Source: Rhina ancylostomus (taxonomy: Eukaryota). From it: 63,771 nt of DNA. The position numbers were made by a program, and so were the translations under genes. Shown piece after piece: positions 36,822 through 49,630 of this stretch. Under the pieces are notes generated by a model. The model saw only the letters and a list, made by a program, of their open reading frames with translations. It was not told where the DNA came from and searched no databases. The stretch's first letter is position 1. Each line of letters starts with the position of its first letter. Where the stretch lies: the NCBI GenBank assembly GCA_030265395.1, contig JARFYF010000022.1, positions 49,880,835 to 49,944,605 on the forward strand. Direction: 5' to 3'.

Positions 36822-37760
36822 CTTGAGGTTTTGGTGGTTGCTTCCGGTGTGACTGAGAGAATCTCAAACTCACCATCAAACAGAGACGTTCTGTTTCCTA
36901 TTGTTCTTGTTGGAAATGCTGTTGATTGCTTGTATTCAACTGAGAAACGCTGCAGCGGTCCACTGTATGAGCAAGAGAGCGTGAGTTCACACGTGAGCTA
37001 AAGAGACCCTTCCTTCATCACGTGTAAGAATTGTTTCCGACAAAGTATCACTTAGGCTGGCAGAAGGAACGGAGTTCATGAGATTATCTCAAATCCCTCG
37101 AACTCCGGTGGGTGCAGACACAGTCCGCTTTATCTCTGCTCATTCGACCACCTCGCTATTTCGGGAATCATTTTGACCTACCGCGATAACGATTCGAACT
37201 TTGAAGTTCCGCCTCACAACCGCCCCTCTATCTGAAGGTCTGAAACCTGTCCGCAACTTTGTAATTCATCTTGTTCAGCGATATTCCCTGCATTGTTCTT
37301 TCGATCAACCCGCTTCGGGTCACTTCTTGTCGCTTTAACATGCTCTTTCTTCTCACTGTTGATTGTCTGTTGATCCAATTAAATCAGCTCTTTTCTTTCC
37401 CTTCCACCGTCTTCACCGCAATCCAATTAACGAAAATGTTCAGCTGAAATCCAACCTTTCCTTAAACCTTGTTTCAGAAATTGCAGACGCAATCTAATTC
37501 CACGTCACCATCGCTTCATCGGCCCTGGTGCTTACGATCATTCCATCAATGGATGCGGCCATTAAGCACAACATTTATTTCCTGTGTGGAAGAACAACTG
37601 CGAAGCACCGTGACAGCTTGCGCCAGCAATGTGTTTAAGGCACAACAGAATTTACAGAGAAATGAAACCCAGACTTCACAATCGTAAATGACACAAACAG
37701 CCTAATAATGCCGTAGCCGCCTTTTTCATTTTCTCATGAGTGAGCTCTCATTCTCTCACA

Positions 37761-37762
<2 letters not shown>

Positions 37763-37840
<78 letters not shown>
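37763..37840. repeat. (CA)n microsatellite
   Basis: Perfect CA run. Confidence 0.97.
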
Positions 37841-37844
<4 letters not shown>

Positions 37845-38290
37845 CACTCCTGCAACCGTCTAACACCGTTCTCTATTTGTTTCGTGAACGCAACTTCCAA
37901 GCATTATGTGGAAAGTGTAGACTCGGAAGGCAAGGTATTGGAGACCACGTTTTAAACTGGCCAGTGGTAGTGTGGCCGAGTGAAGAGATTGTCGGACACT
38001 GGCGACGAGCGATGCCGTGGAGTGAAAGCTCAGAGACACTGATGAGTTTTCAGAGAAGTCGTGAGGGTGATCCTGAAGGGACTGATGGAAGCCAGATTGA
38101 GAGAGGTGTATTTCCCTGCGTTAATTATACAGTTCAGAGCACATTCCCCGACTGAAAGAGGAGAGGAATGATGGGCCAGACTTTGTGTTTGTTGCTTGCG
38201 GCAGAAAAGGCTGTAATTCACGGGGATACAATAGACTCTGTCACTGCACAGCAACATGGAAAATAAATACGGTGTTGGACGCTTTCCGTT

Positions 38291-38352
38291 GCTTCTGTGG
38301 TGTCATGGTCATTACATTCGCCTTACACACCAGTTCAATCAGGGCGGGAACA
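38291..38352 (+). pseudogene. tRNA-Val pseudogene with internal deletion
   Basis: GCTTCTGTGGTGTCATGGTCATTACATTCGCCTTACACAC then CAGTTCAATCAGGGCGGGAACA; about 11 nt are missing. Confidence 0.7.
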
Positions 38353-38495
38353 CTGTTGATTTGTTTTGTGCACCAGGAGTTCCGAAGCACGTGACACTAG
38401 ACAGTCACATGAGGATTTACAAAAAAACTGTCTAAATCTTTTGCTGCACATGTGAAGAAAGACAGACGGGATGCACACAGTGGAGGTCAGTAAAA

Positions 38496-38584
38496 CGGCC
38501 ATGACAGGACTCTAACCTGCAAACCTCTACTGCTATCACGTGAAACACCAAAGATAGACGCTTTATCCATTGGGCCACAAAGTC
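38496..38584 (-). pseudogene. Intron-containing tRNA-Arg(TCG)-type gene, anticodon now TTG
   Basis: 89 nt = 73 + 16. GACTTTGTGGCCCAATGGATAAAGCGTCTATCTTTGG|tgtttcacgtgatagc|AGTAGAGGTTTGCAGGTTAGAGTCCTGTCATGGCCG followed by TTTT. Confidence 0.75.
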
Positions 38585-38967
38585 CATCCTTCTCAGTAAC
38601 CGAGAAAAAAAATCATCAATGATGCTGGGTCCGGGGTTTGTCAGAAAGTGAGAAAAAGGTGTGGTCCCTTTTTCCAGCACACAGAATACAACCTTGTTTG
38701 AAGTGTTCCGACTCGTAGAATTGTTCCGTGAAGGAACCAATAGAATTTTCAGATGGAGCGGAGTGTTTATCGCGGCAGAGAAGTTGGAAGGATCATGTAG
38801 TTTGTCTTGTCCATTCTCACTGACAGATACAATGAGTTCATGCTGGCTCGGTGAGGTGCCTGGAATGAACTGTTTCAGGGTCGAAACTAAATGTAAGTGG
38901 ACCGGACCAGTTGAGGCAGACATCACTTTCCCTTCTCCGTGGGTAGTCAGAAGTACCACTGGCTTTC

Positions 38968-39131
38968 TCTCATTTATGTCACCATTGTTATGACGATGAT
39001 GGACTCAGGGCTTAGGTTCCCAACACTCTGAGAAATAACACATTGCATGTCTCATTTATGTCACCATTATCATGACGATGATGGACTCAGGGCTTAGGTT
39101 CCCATCACTCTGAGAAAGAACACATTGCATG
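38968..39131. repeat. 82-bp tandem duplication (2 copies)
   Basis: TCTCATTTATGTCACCATT...CACATTGCATG repeated at 38968 and 39050 with a few substitutions. Confidence 0.92.
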
Positions 39132-40636
39132 TGGCCGGGACTCGATAATTAACTCGTTATTGCTGCCCACATTTTTTCATCACCACTCTGGAATCCTCAT
39201 TCGGAATCGCGCACCGCTGCACTTCCACCACACAAGATATACAGTGTCTGAAAACTGCAATAAATGAGAACGGCGAATCTTTGGAATTCTCTGTCCCCAG
39301 GAGACGGGACCATTGGATATTGAAAGTGCCTCAAAACAGTTCGTCCGGTGTTCTGATCGCTTCCTGCGTGTGTTACTCGACTTGGGCGAGCCCTTTTCCT
39401 GACGCAACTTCTGTTTTTAATTTCAAATCTCCACCTCATTCACACGAGTTTTGCTCACTTATTATCGGAGGGCATACTCACGTGGCCTACTTATTCATAT
39501 GGAATCTGAACTACAGATCGTCCTCCGTCAGTCACACGGAGGGAGTCATCGGTTCCATCGACCACTTGGATATTCTTGCAACACATGTGCCTCCAGAAGC
39601 CGCATCCGTGCATAAAGCTTGATGCAGGAGTCACGGGTAAAGCTGGCAATTTTCCCCGAAATAGTCACATACAAACGGCAGACCTGAATCCAAAAAACAA
39701 GTCATTTGACGACTGTCCCAAGTCATTTGATGTGAACGACGGAGAACAGCGATAAGATAAGAAGCGGTGAGCTGGAATCCATTCGGTTCTCCGGCTCCAA
39801 CTGTCATGGCTGGTACTTCACCCCATCCATTCCCTGCTTCCGGTGGTTAACAACTGACTGATGGCAAGTTCTGTGACATTTTGGGTCTCTCTGCGTATCA
39901 CTGACGGCAGAACAAGTGTTTCTACGATGAATCACTCAAGGTTTAGAGGTTGAAAGTGAAAGAATCACGTCAGGCGGTGAGGTGGTGCCATGCACTTCAT
40001 AATCGCCTCAGCGATGATCTTTAAAGCAGCAAAACACGAAGGAAGAAAAACTTCTCCTCATTGTCCATGTCAAGTGATATATAGTTTTCCGGGTAGGTGA
40101 ATATCGAAGAAGTTGAAAGATTGTGGAATAACGATATAAAAGAACAATTGCTTCTTGCGTTCGTTAGCCCGTTTGAAACACCGATGTTGCCTCAGATGTG
40201 GGGCGAACTTTCAGTGGACTGAGAAGGACGTGTTTTGAGCAGAATTTTTTTTGAGAGTCGTGATACATTTCGTGTAACTGGCAGCGAGATACTAACGGAG
40301 TTTCCAACTGTGTTGGACAGTTTGATGTAATCCAGATAGCCGTCAGTGAAGGCAGGTGTCGGGGTGAACATTGCTACTCGACCACGTGGTGATCTCAGTG
40401 TTTTTATATCAGAGGGCGGTTCACTGATTACACAATAGATTGCGTGATTAATATTCCCGGCTCAAAGGGAATAATTAAAACTTGTTTGTTCAGTGACCGT
40501 GAACGACATCAGGTTAATGAGTTCCAGATGTCCCAGTGGCGACGTTTCCCTTTTCTATTAATATACGAATCTTTCCATGTTCCGCTACCGAATTACCTCC
40601 GACATTGACAGCAATTATCTCCACGAAAGCTGTAAG

Positions 40637-42198
40637 ATGTCCCTTTATTTCGAGATCATCGATTCTTTCGTGATATCGAGAAGATATACTGTCCGATACT
40701 GACTGGTCCTGGGATCCCGAGTAAGTTAGTAAATCAGCCGTTTGAGCAATAAATTACCTTGAACTGTGCGACTGTAATATCCAGTTGGTCCTAAAATACG
40801 GAGATCCGATCCATCCAGTACCTAGTCTCAGCGTCGGGCTGTTGACACGCCGCAGGCGTTTGCTCTGATCGGTATATTCACACTCTCGTTGGCCAGGTGC
40901 AAATGAATAGAAACTGACCCGTTATTCTTTTTTCACTGCCATGAGATTTGAGGGACATCAGCTATTGTTGGGGTGAACTGCATGTTTGCGCTGAGTTATT
41001 TTTTCCGATTAGACTGGAGTGTTTGTGTGTGCGCTGTATCACTGACCGTGACCAGGAACAGGTATTTGGACTGCGTGGATTACTTCAGAATGGAAATGAT
41101 GATTGACAATGGTCACCCTGATCCAGTACCAGTTATCCAGTGCGCCAATGGACCAACTGTCCAGGTTCTGAAGCAGCTGATATCCTGTGCGGTTAAAACA
41201 GGACTGCAGATCTCATTCCAGATGTGTTTACGCCTTTCTTTTTATTGTTTTCCGGATTGTTTTGCAATTTCATTTTGGAAGAGAACAATCTGCCAGGGAG
41301 ACTCGGCACAGCTGGGTGTCTTCCAGCTCCATCTCCATCGTCGTACAATTGGGGGTCTTTGCTGTTATTCGAATATATTGAATCCTCCATCACTTTATTG
41401 ATGCAAACATTCTTCCATTCATGGATATCTGGTCCAATTTTAAATGTAACCACATGTTAATTGGGTCAGGCGTCCAGAGTTGTCATCCAAGTTTGGGGAG
41501 ACCTATATGTACATACAAAGGCTCAATGAAATCTCCACCAGTTGTCGGAAATTATTTTCGTACCCAAATAACTGGGATCATCTTTAGAATGAATAGTCAA
41601 CAAAGTTAACTTGAGAGTATGCATGTGCTAATCTCTTTCTTCAAAGCAGGTATCAACATTACTTGGTTCAGACTAATTTTACGAGCGTGGTTGACACAAT
41701 ACATCCAAAACACCTCATATCTCGTTTGCTTCAAGTCGTCATAACTCAACTCTGGAATATACAATTGCACAGCCAAGGACGGAGACACGTTTGGTTTTGC
41801 ATTGGATTTGAAAGAAGTAATATGATGTGTGATTGGACATGGGGAGCATGACTTCCCGTTAACCATGTTGCTGGTCAACACCAGAATTTAATTTTATCAC
41901 GGGGAGCTTTGTTTCCTCAAGATCTTTATTCCAGGAATTCTGACACTGCACCCATTATGTCCCGTCCTTTTGTCTTCTCGTTCGGTTTGCTCACAGCTAA
42001 CCTGGTGACGATGTTGGTCCTGTCTCGGGGAAACTGCCGTCTCTCCAGATGTGTCACCCGCTATCTGGTGGCCATGGAAGCGGCGGATCGGCTGATCGTT
42101 TGCTCTGATCTAATATTGAGGCAGACTCTGATTGCTCATCACATGCTTTTCGTGTGGTCTATCCGCGCGTGTCATATCCACGTCGTCCTGCTTCACGC
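40637..42198 (+). pseudogene. GPR139-like GPCR copy D (exon 1 40637-40720, exon 2 from 41997, cut by gap)
   Basis: Exon 1 ATGTCCCTTTAT...GGGATCCCGA then gtaagt is 84 nt, one short of the paralogs. Acceptor ctcacag, then NLVTMLVLSRGNCRLSRCVTRYLVAMEAADRL. Intron and upstream flank are homologous to copies B and C. Confidence 0.85.
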
Positions 42199-42358
42199 NN
42201 NNNNNNNNNNNNNNNNNNNNNNNNNNNNNNNNNNNNNNNNNNNNNNNNNNNNNNNNNNNNNNNNNNNNNNNNNNNNNNNNNNNNNNNNNNNNNNNNNNGT
42301 GTCTTGATTTGTGTCCCTGCGCCATTGTAGTGTCTCTCGATGGGCATCAGCATCAGCT

Positions 42359-42432
42359 GTCTCTGTGGCGCAATCGGCCTGCGCATTCTGCTGTTAACCG
42401 AAATGTTGCTGGTTCGAGCCCACCCAAGGACA
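42359..42432 (+). tRNA. tRNA-Asn(GTT), degenerate
   Basis: GTCTCTGTGGCGCAATCGG...CTGTTAACCGAAATGTTGCTGGTTCGAGCCCACCCAAGGAC, with stem mismatches. Confidence 0.85.
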
Positions 42433-43547
42433 GTGAGCTCAGGTTTTCTTCAGAAGAGGACATTCAACTCCTCTGAAGCAGCAAATCACCATTTCGTCGG
42501 AGGTGAGAACTTTAAATAGTGTCGACCGTGGCGACTGATAAAAGACTGCACACATTTTAAAACGCAATTTCCATGGTTTCATGTAATCAAAAAAATGAAA
42601 TGGAACAAAACGAAGATACATTGCTGCTTCCTGACGCCGAAAGGAAATCATGGAATGTCGGATTGCCCTATTGGTCAAAGACCAAGGTTTTCCAAGTGTC
42701 GATGACCACTGATCGTTCTGAAACTTTAATTTCCTCCATTTCCACATGTCACATTTCCCTTTCTACTTTTATTTCATCATAAATACACAGTTGATGAGGA
42801 GTATATCTACTGCAGTCTATTTTCAAAACTTTCAACATTAGCATAAAGCATTGTAATGGGAATTGGTCAAGAATTGTGATTTCTGTCATTGTTGTACTGA
42901 TGATGATGGTTCATTGTTCATTGTTCAATGCGTCCTCACCGTTTTTCCGAAATATTCTCCCAGCGACTGCGATGTTGACAAAGCAAAATGCGATGCAGCG
43001 ACATCATTCACCCTGGTTTGGTTTACAGCAGAAAGTCATGGAGTCACAGAGAATGGAGCACGGCAACAGGCCTTTCGGCCCACTGAGTCCGCGAAAACAT
43101 TGATCACCCATCCACATCAATCTTCATTAACTCTTANNNNNNNNNNNNNNNNNNNNNNNNNNNNNNNNNNNNNNNNNNNNNNNNNNNNNNNNNNNNNNNN
43201 NNNNNNNNNNNNNNNNNNNNNNNNNNNNNNNNNNNNGAACGGCAATAACCGCTGTCCCTGCTGCTGATAACTACAGTCAGAGACTGAGAGAAAACGGGGA
43301 GGTCTGGAGATGTGATGGCTGGGTGAGGAAGCCCGGAGTTCAGGGTGAAAGGTCATCGACCTGAAACGTTAACTGTGTTTCTCCACAGACATTGCCTGAC
43401 CTGTTGAATGTTTCCAGCAGTTTCTGTTTGTAGCTCAGGATCGGTCCTGCTTCTCTGACTCCGGGATCAGTGCCGTCCCCGTCTGTCCCGGAACACACTG
43501 ATCCCAGTACATGACCAATGTTCTGGATGCCGGCTGTGGGGAGTGCG

Positions 43548-43628
43548 GTCGTCGTGGCCGAGTGGTTAAGATGATGGACTAGAAATCCATTGGGGTTTTC
43601 CGCGCAGTTTCGAATCCTGCCGACTACG
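43548..43628 (+). tRNA. tRNA-Ser(AGA), degenerate
   Basis: GTCGTCGTGGCCGAGTGGTTAAGATGATGGACTAGAAATCCATTGGGG...TTCGAATCCTGCCGACTACG, with D-stem, acceptor and B-box changes. Confidence 0.88.
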
Positions 43629-44000
43629 GTAGCACCGGGTCCGGCCGGAGTAACCGGTCTAACCTTGAGGGGCTGTTGATTGTTTGGTCCCGGACTGAAA
43701 ATTCCATGGAATAAATGGTACTGTTTTTACAGAGGTTCAATACTTCCGTTATCAATTTGGGACGTTGACCTGGAAATTCTCCCCGGTGCAGTGGTCCTGG
43801 TCACTCCTGACTTTGTATCCGACCAGAAACGTTACCTCTGTTTCTCTCTCCACAGATGTTGCTCGACGTACTGAATGTTTCTGCCGTTTTGTCTTTCATA
43901 TTGTCCGTGAGTCCCTGATCCAAAACAATGATGCAGATGATGAAAAGCCAGGTCCAGCACCGTCCGGGAAGGGCCCATTGTTTCCCGCTTCGTTAAGGGT

Positions 44001-44074
44001 GTCTCTGCGGTGCAATCGGTCAGCGCATTCGGCTGTTAACCGAAATGTCGGTGGTTCGAGACCACCCAGGGACG
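44001..44074 (+). tRNA. tRNA-Asn(GTT), near-intact
   Basis: All stems pair, but position 8 is C instead of T and no T-run follows immediately. Confidence 0.88.
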
Positions 44075-44207
44075 TTGAGCTACGGTCCCCCCTGTCATTC
44101 AACAATTGTGGGGGCACAGAAACAGGAATGCACCATTCCCTCAGAGGTGAGAACTTGAAATGGTGTTGAAGTTGGTGACTGCTAAAACTTTACATGTACT
44201 TTAAAAT

Positions 44208-44480
44208 GGTACGTCGTGCAGTGGTTCGCGTAACGCTATGACTCTGCCAGCGACCCGGGTTCAACACTCGCCGCTGTCTGGAAGGACTTTGTTCGTTTTC
44301 CCCGTGTCTGTATGAGTTTCCTCCGGGTGCTCCGGGTTCCTCTCACATTCTAAAGACGAACGCTTTCGGGAGTTATGGGCGTGCTATGTTCACGCCGGAA
44401 ACGTGGCGACACTTGCTCCTAGAACACTCTCAGCAAATTGTGGGTTTCGATGTACATTTGACTGATAAAGAAATATTCTC
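44208..44480 (+). mobile_element. tRNA-derived V-type SINE
   Basis: A-box-like GCAGTGGTT, B-box-like GGGTTCAACAC, core TTTCCTCCGGGTGCTCCGGGTTCCTCTCACATTCTAAAGAC and tail GATGTACATTTGACTGATAAAG. Confidence 0.8.
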
Positions 44481-44494
44481 TTATTTTGATTTGG

Positions 44495-45800
44495 AATTCC
44501 GCATCTCTACCGCTTTTTTTCCAACATGAACACCTCTATTCCCCATCAGCAAATACGAAGGGTCACCTGCCTCCTCCTGGAATATATATCTAACTATTTC
44601 CTCACTTCAAACACTCCCACCCGCCTGGCAGAGCTTGTTCTTACCTGAACAGCTTCTCTTTTCATTCCCTTCACATACTACAGATCACAGGCGCAGCCCT
44701 GGGCACTTGCGGGGTCCCGAGCTACCCCTTCCTTGGCTCCGTGAGACTGTCGATGTTCCCAGCTTTCTCCGGTACCATTCCCCGAGCCTCTCTCCGCTCT
44801 CTTCACGACCGGTGCTGCCTTCTCCACCAGTGCGGAACGCGTCAATTTTATCAACTTCGCTGCTGACATACACCAGCCATCAAATTTATTTGTAAAATAT
44901 CCAATACCTCTCTCCCCTTTAGCTTCTCTCCTTGTCAGGAGCCCAACTATCCACCGACGATTACAGCAAACCCACTGACTCCCACAGCTGCCTGGAATAC
45001 ACCTCTTCTCATCTTATCCCCTGGAAATACGCCGTCGAAATCTCTCAGTTTCTCTGTTTCCGCTACGTATCGAGATGAGACTTTCCGTTCCACGACATCT
45101 GAAAAGCTCTCAGAAATCAGTAAAAGTGGTTTCTCCTGTCCTATGGCTGACAGATTGCTGACCTGTATCTGCTCTATTTCCCGCTCTGTGCCCGCACACC
45201 AGCTCCCACTAGGCAGTGGAGGAAAATAACTCCCTTGTTCATCACTTGCACACTACCAGTCCCGGCATGTACCACATCACCTCCACCATTTCCGGCTGGT
45301 AAAGAGGCATCGCATCATGACTCATATCTTCAACCCTTCCTGCTTTGGAAAGATCGCCCATCTCTCCCCAACCGATACTCCCCGTCCACGAGGACTTCAC
45401 CCTCCAATCGTAGAAGGCACAACCTTTGTCTCTTCACCACCTCCCTCACCGAGACGGAAACAGCATTTCCAGGTCAAGAAAGGTTTCAGGTGCCTATCCT
45501 TCAACTTCGCCGACTCTCTACTGTGCTCCCGAGGTGGGATGCTCTACTGCTGGAAGTCCACGCTGAGACCAGTCGACCGATTTTTGACACCTCCTCTCTG
45601 TCCAGAATGAAAATACTGAGATTCCTGGTGCATGCCATTTCAAGTGTCCTCTCCATACCCACACTAACCCCTCTGCTCTCGGCCTTCTCCACTGCCAGGG
45701 AAATTACAAATATGCACTAAAAGAATCAGGACCGCAGACTCCGCCTGTGCAGTCCACATCTTCATGCCATGAACAACGAATTCCCCAATTGCAGGTGAAC
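44495..45800 (+). mobile_element. Penelope-like retroelement (RT C-terminal half plus GIY-YIG), decayed
   Basis: Decayed G-ALGT--GPSY and FLRY RT motifs, YSKPTDSHSCLEYTSSH, and FQV---F-C preceding a remnant GIY-YIG segment. Confidence 0.8.
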
Positions 45801-46740
45801 CGCACTGCCCGTTTTCACTTTTCCCTCCTTCTGATCCATACAGATTCCCTCAAACCCCCTTCTTTCAAACCCCGCTCAGATCTCGCGTTAACCAGTTTCT
45901 TCGCTCTTCTCCAGATCCCCTCTGTGTATCACACGCTCACTTTAACGACTGTGATTCCTGTTCCCTTCCCTACTGCTCCGACCTGCCCATTTTCTCTCCC
46001 GTGTCTGATTCCACTGAATATTAAAAACACCGACTCCGAAGGCACTTAACGGAGCAGTGTCTGGTGCCTTGCATATTTTGCTGATTGTTGAGAAGGCAAC
46101 TGCGAGTAAACGTTAATGAATCATGAAGTTTTCATAAAATGTGTCTACACCAGTATTGAACGTTTGTTCACAATCTGTTGGCGCACTTTGGAACCGTTGT
46201 GAATATCCCAGAGACGGTTGAGCAGAGGTTTTCGATGATCGGACCTAATGTCAGTGTTTTATTTGGAATGTTGGGCTGAGGAAGCTAGGACGTTTTCATC
46301 TGAATGAAGTACATTGAAGGGACATTTTTTGGACCTCTTGCTATACAGGTACAAATTTCGCTGAATGTGGCAACACAGATACATAAGGTGATAAGTTCAC
46401 ACTTTGCATCCGTTGGAAATTTGTTAGTTGATCCCCACAGGCCCATGTCGAATCTGAGATTATTCATGAAATTTAGCATCCCTGCACTGGCGTCTGGAAA
46501 AACCCAGTGGTCACCACCTTGCACTCTGAAGTAACAACCCTTTACCACTGCTCTCCCCTGTCTGTTTTGAAGAAATATTGGGTGGGTTGGGAAAAGTGAT
46601 AACGCATCAATCCTCAAACACAGGGATCTGGAGGAAAGAGTTTCAAAACCTCCACGATTAACATGCTCAACCGATCCGCGCAATTGTGTAAAGAATGAAA
46701 AGGGGAAAACACATGGAACCCGCCTTCATCACATGGAACG

Positions 46741-46814
46741 AGGCTCTGCTGAGAGTTGAACCCAGGATCTCCTGTGTACTGGACAGGGTCTTTCACCATT
46801 TAAACCACGAACTC
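46741..46814 (-). pseudogene. tRNA-Thr(AGT) pseudogene
   Basis: GAGTTCGTGGTTTAAATGGTGAAAGACCCTGTCCAGTACACAGGAGATCCTGGGTTCAACTCTCAGCAGAGCCT, 74 nt, with T33 changed to C. Confidence 0.8.
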
Positions 46815-48249
46815 CATCGCACCGCCCTCCAGCTGTTGTAATGAGATGCAACTTGCATTAAATGTTCCTCTTCGTCTACTGGCGAGGGAATTGCTTCGTA
46901 TTCTACTTATTTCTTCAGATGCACCTCTCCACCCACTTCCGACCATTGTATCACCGGATCCAGGAACAGATTTACCGCTGTACCAATTCTGCCTCATTTA
47001 CAACATTTCCTCGCCTTCACTTGCACCTCCCTCAATCGCTCCCCCGCTACCTCACCACTCGAATCAGCTCTTTATGTCTGATCTCAACACAGCTTCAGAA
47101 TAAGTCCTGATATGTCAAATAAAATGAACAAACTAGTCAATGTGCGGTGATTTTTCAACCGCCTCAAATGGGAAGTACTTTGAAACCAACGTTTCATTTT
47201 ACTGTTGATGAGATAAGAACAGGGCGTACCGGGACACAACCGTCAAGACATCGCTTCCATCGAGGGGTGTGGCTGATTGTTCGAATTTGTTTCCATTCGG
47301 GAACACATTTCTCCGCGAATACGACAGTCAAGCATTCTGTATTCTGACCTCTGGCCCTCAAGCCTGTCCGTCTCTCAACCCTTCCGTCTCTGCACCGTTG
47401 CCAGAACGGGAGAGTTGAATTCCAGCGTTCATTAGTAGCACTCTGACCGGACTGGGCTTGAACACTGAGACTTCTACCTCGTCTGACGCTTTGAATTGAG
47501 TGAAATCATGTAACTTTCCCCGGAACAGAGGGCCCGCTCCACTTGGTGAATGTGATGAGTACAAGCTGTCGCCGCCACTCACATCCCATCCGCAATTTAA
47601 ACTGGACCGGGTTTAAAATTTACCTCAATTTCTTTCTGATATCGGATCTTATCAATTAGTGTGTAAATTATTCCGCACTAACGGCATAGGCCTCTTTTAG
47701 TAAATTGAAAACATTTCAGTGTGCGAATTGTTTTGTCAGAATCAGTTTCTCCGGAACTGTCTGGTCATCCTCAAATAACACACAGTGTGGCAGCAAAGAG
47801 CTGCATTCATATTGTTGTTACCCCTCTGTGGGAGAAACGAGAGACGGAAATACGAAGATCCTCAATTGTGATACAGTTTGCATTTCTCAATGTTCTTTGG
47901 TTTTGCCACAGGGTTGTACAATAATAATAATTCAGTTTCAGTTTGATATGCTCTTCTTCTATCTTCTCTGGTTACTTCTCTTATTGCAATAAAGAAAGGG
48001 GTTTCTAATTCTACTGTTCCTGCTGATGCTGGCTGATGATAGCCAGCATTGAATATACTTCCTCCTCTTCTCTCTTTCCATGTTCAGCTCAGTCGGATGC
48101 CGCCCAACATATGGAGATTGCAATCATTATGGCAACACGGTAGGGAGGACAACTTCACGTCCAACAAACACGGAAACCTAAGGTTTGAAATTCCATAAAG
48201 GTTTTCTGTAGATCTCCTGGAGTCCACCTTCTATGAACCATATTCAACA

Positions 48250-48510
48250 GCTTTGCATGATCTCCCTGTGGCCACAAGGATTTCTGCTGGATGTTCCGTC
48301 TTCCTCCCACATCCCAATGATGTGTAGCTTGTAGGCTGATTGGCCACGGTACAATGTTGCGTGTGCAGATCAGTTTACGAATCTGGGGTAACCCTTGGGA
48401 ATGTAGCGAGGATAAATTGATGTGCGTAGCATCTGTAAAGTTGGATAATTGATAAACGATGCGCACTCGCTGGGAGCAGTGAACAGAGTCTGGACTGTTT
48501 GATTCAATTG
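48250..48510 (+). mobile_element. Old V-type SINE fragment
   Basis: TTTGCATGATCTCCCTGTG...TTCCTCCCACATCCCAATGATGTG...GATTGGCCA core. Confidence 0.6.
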
Positions 48511-48859
48511 CATGGAACTTAATCGTCAACTCTGACACTTCCTAACTTCACAACAGCTGTCTGACGTGAGTGTTTGTATGTTGGTCATTATTAAGACCAC
48601 ATATGGATGCTGAATAAAGTGATACTGCTTCTGCCATGTATTTTCCCACTCCCGTGCCTTGTCCAAATCGCCCTACAGTTTTCTTGCTTCGTCTTTCGAA
48701 CCCACAGTTCCTCTCATCTTCCTGCTGGAGACATATTGAGCAATCATGCATTTGGTATCTTAACACAAATCATTGTGGAGCACAAACACTGTGAACCTGT
48801 GGGAAATATTAATTTGGTCAGTTAATGTCCAACAACGTTATTCTATCTGCTGATTTCCA

Positions 48860-49630
48860 CAGAACCATAGAACAATACAGCACAATACAGGCCCTTCGGC
48901 CCACCATGATGTGCCGCTCATTAAACCACCCCTCAGACTATCTAAGCATTTCCTCCCGCATCTCTCTCCCACGTTCCTCCATTTGCCTATCCAACAATTT
49001 CTTGAACCAGTCTAATGTATCTGCCTCCACCGCCACCCAGGCAGCGTATTCCAGGCACCAACCACTCTCTGGGTGAAAAACATCCCTCTAACATCTCCCC
49101 TGAACTTCCTCCCACCCATTAGTTTAAAGACATGTCCTCTTGTCTTGAACATTGGTGTCCTGGGAAAGAGGTGCTGTCTGCCTACTCTATCTATCCCTCT
49201 CAATATTTTATACACCTCTATGATGTTTCCCCGCATCCTCTTCCTCTCCAGTGAGAAAAGCCCTAGCACATTAAGCCTCTCCTCATATTCCACACACTCT
49301 AATCTAGGCAGCATCCTGGTAAATCTCCTCTGCACCATCTCCAACATCCTTCCTATAATGCGGCGACCAGAACAGAACACAGTACTCTGTGTGGTCTAAC
49401 TAGAGTTTTGTAAAGCAGCATCATCACTTCGCGGCTCTGAAACTAAATCCCACGATTTATGAAAGCTAGCATCCCATACGCCTTTTTTACTGCCCTCTCC
49501 ACCTGCGTGGCAACTTTCTTTGAACTGTGAATATGTACCCCCAGATCCCTCTGCTCCTCTACACTGCCAAGTATCTTGCTATTTACCTCATACTCTGCCC
49601 TGGAGTTTGTCCTTTCGAAGTGAACCACCT
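48860..49630 (-). mobile_element. CR1 3' end
   Basis: EQRDLGVHIH...KAYGMLAFINRGI, LEMVQRRFTRMLP and FFTQRVVGAWN, with a CCATAGAAC tail. Confidence 0.92.

Noticed and set aside
37966-37982. GGTAGTGTGGCCGAGTG resembling the 5' end of tRNA-Leu
   Set aside because: Only 17 nt, with no anticodon arm or T arm following.
38432-38959. 175-aa ORF on the minus strand
   Set aside because: It runs through the tRNA-Arg relic and its flank, and the paralogous flank at 53820-54280 does not preserve the protein.
1128-43236. ORFs spanning N-gaps and apparent adjacency across gaps
   Set aside because: Twelve gaps, mostly about 100-N placeholders, join separate contigs, so frames and distances across them are not meaningful.
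46430-46565. Possible highly decayed U1 snRNA on the minus strand (CAGGGGAGA and scattered matches)
   Set aside because: It lacks the ATACTTACCTG 5' end and a clear Sm site, and the similarity is too patchy. An Infernal search with the Rfam U1 model would decide it.
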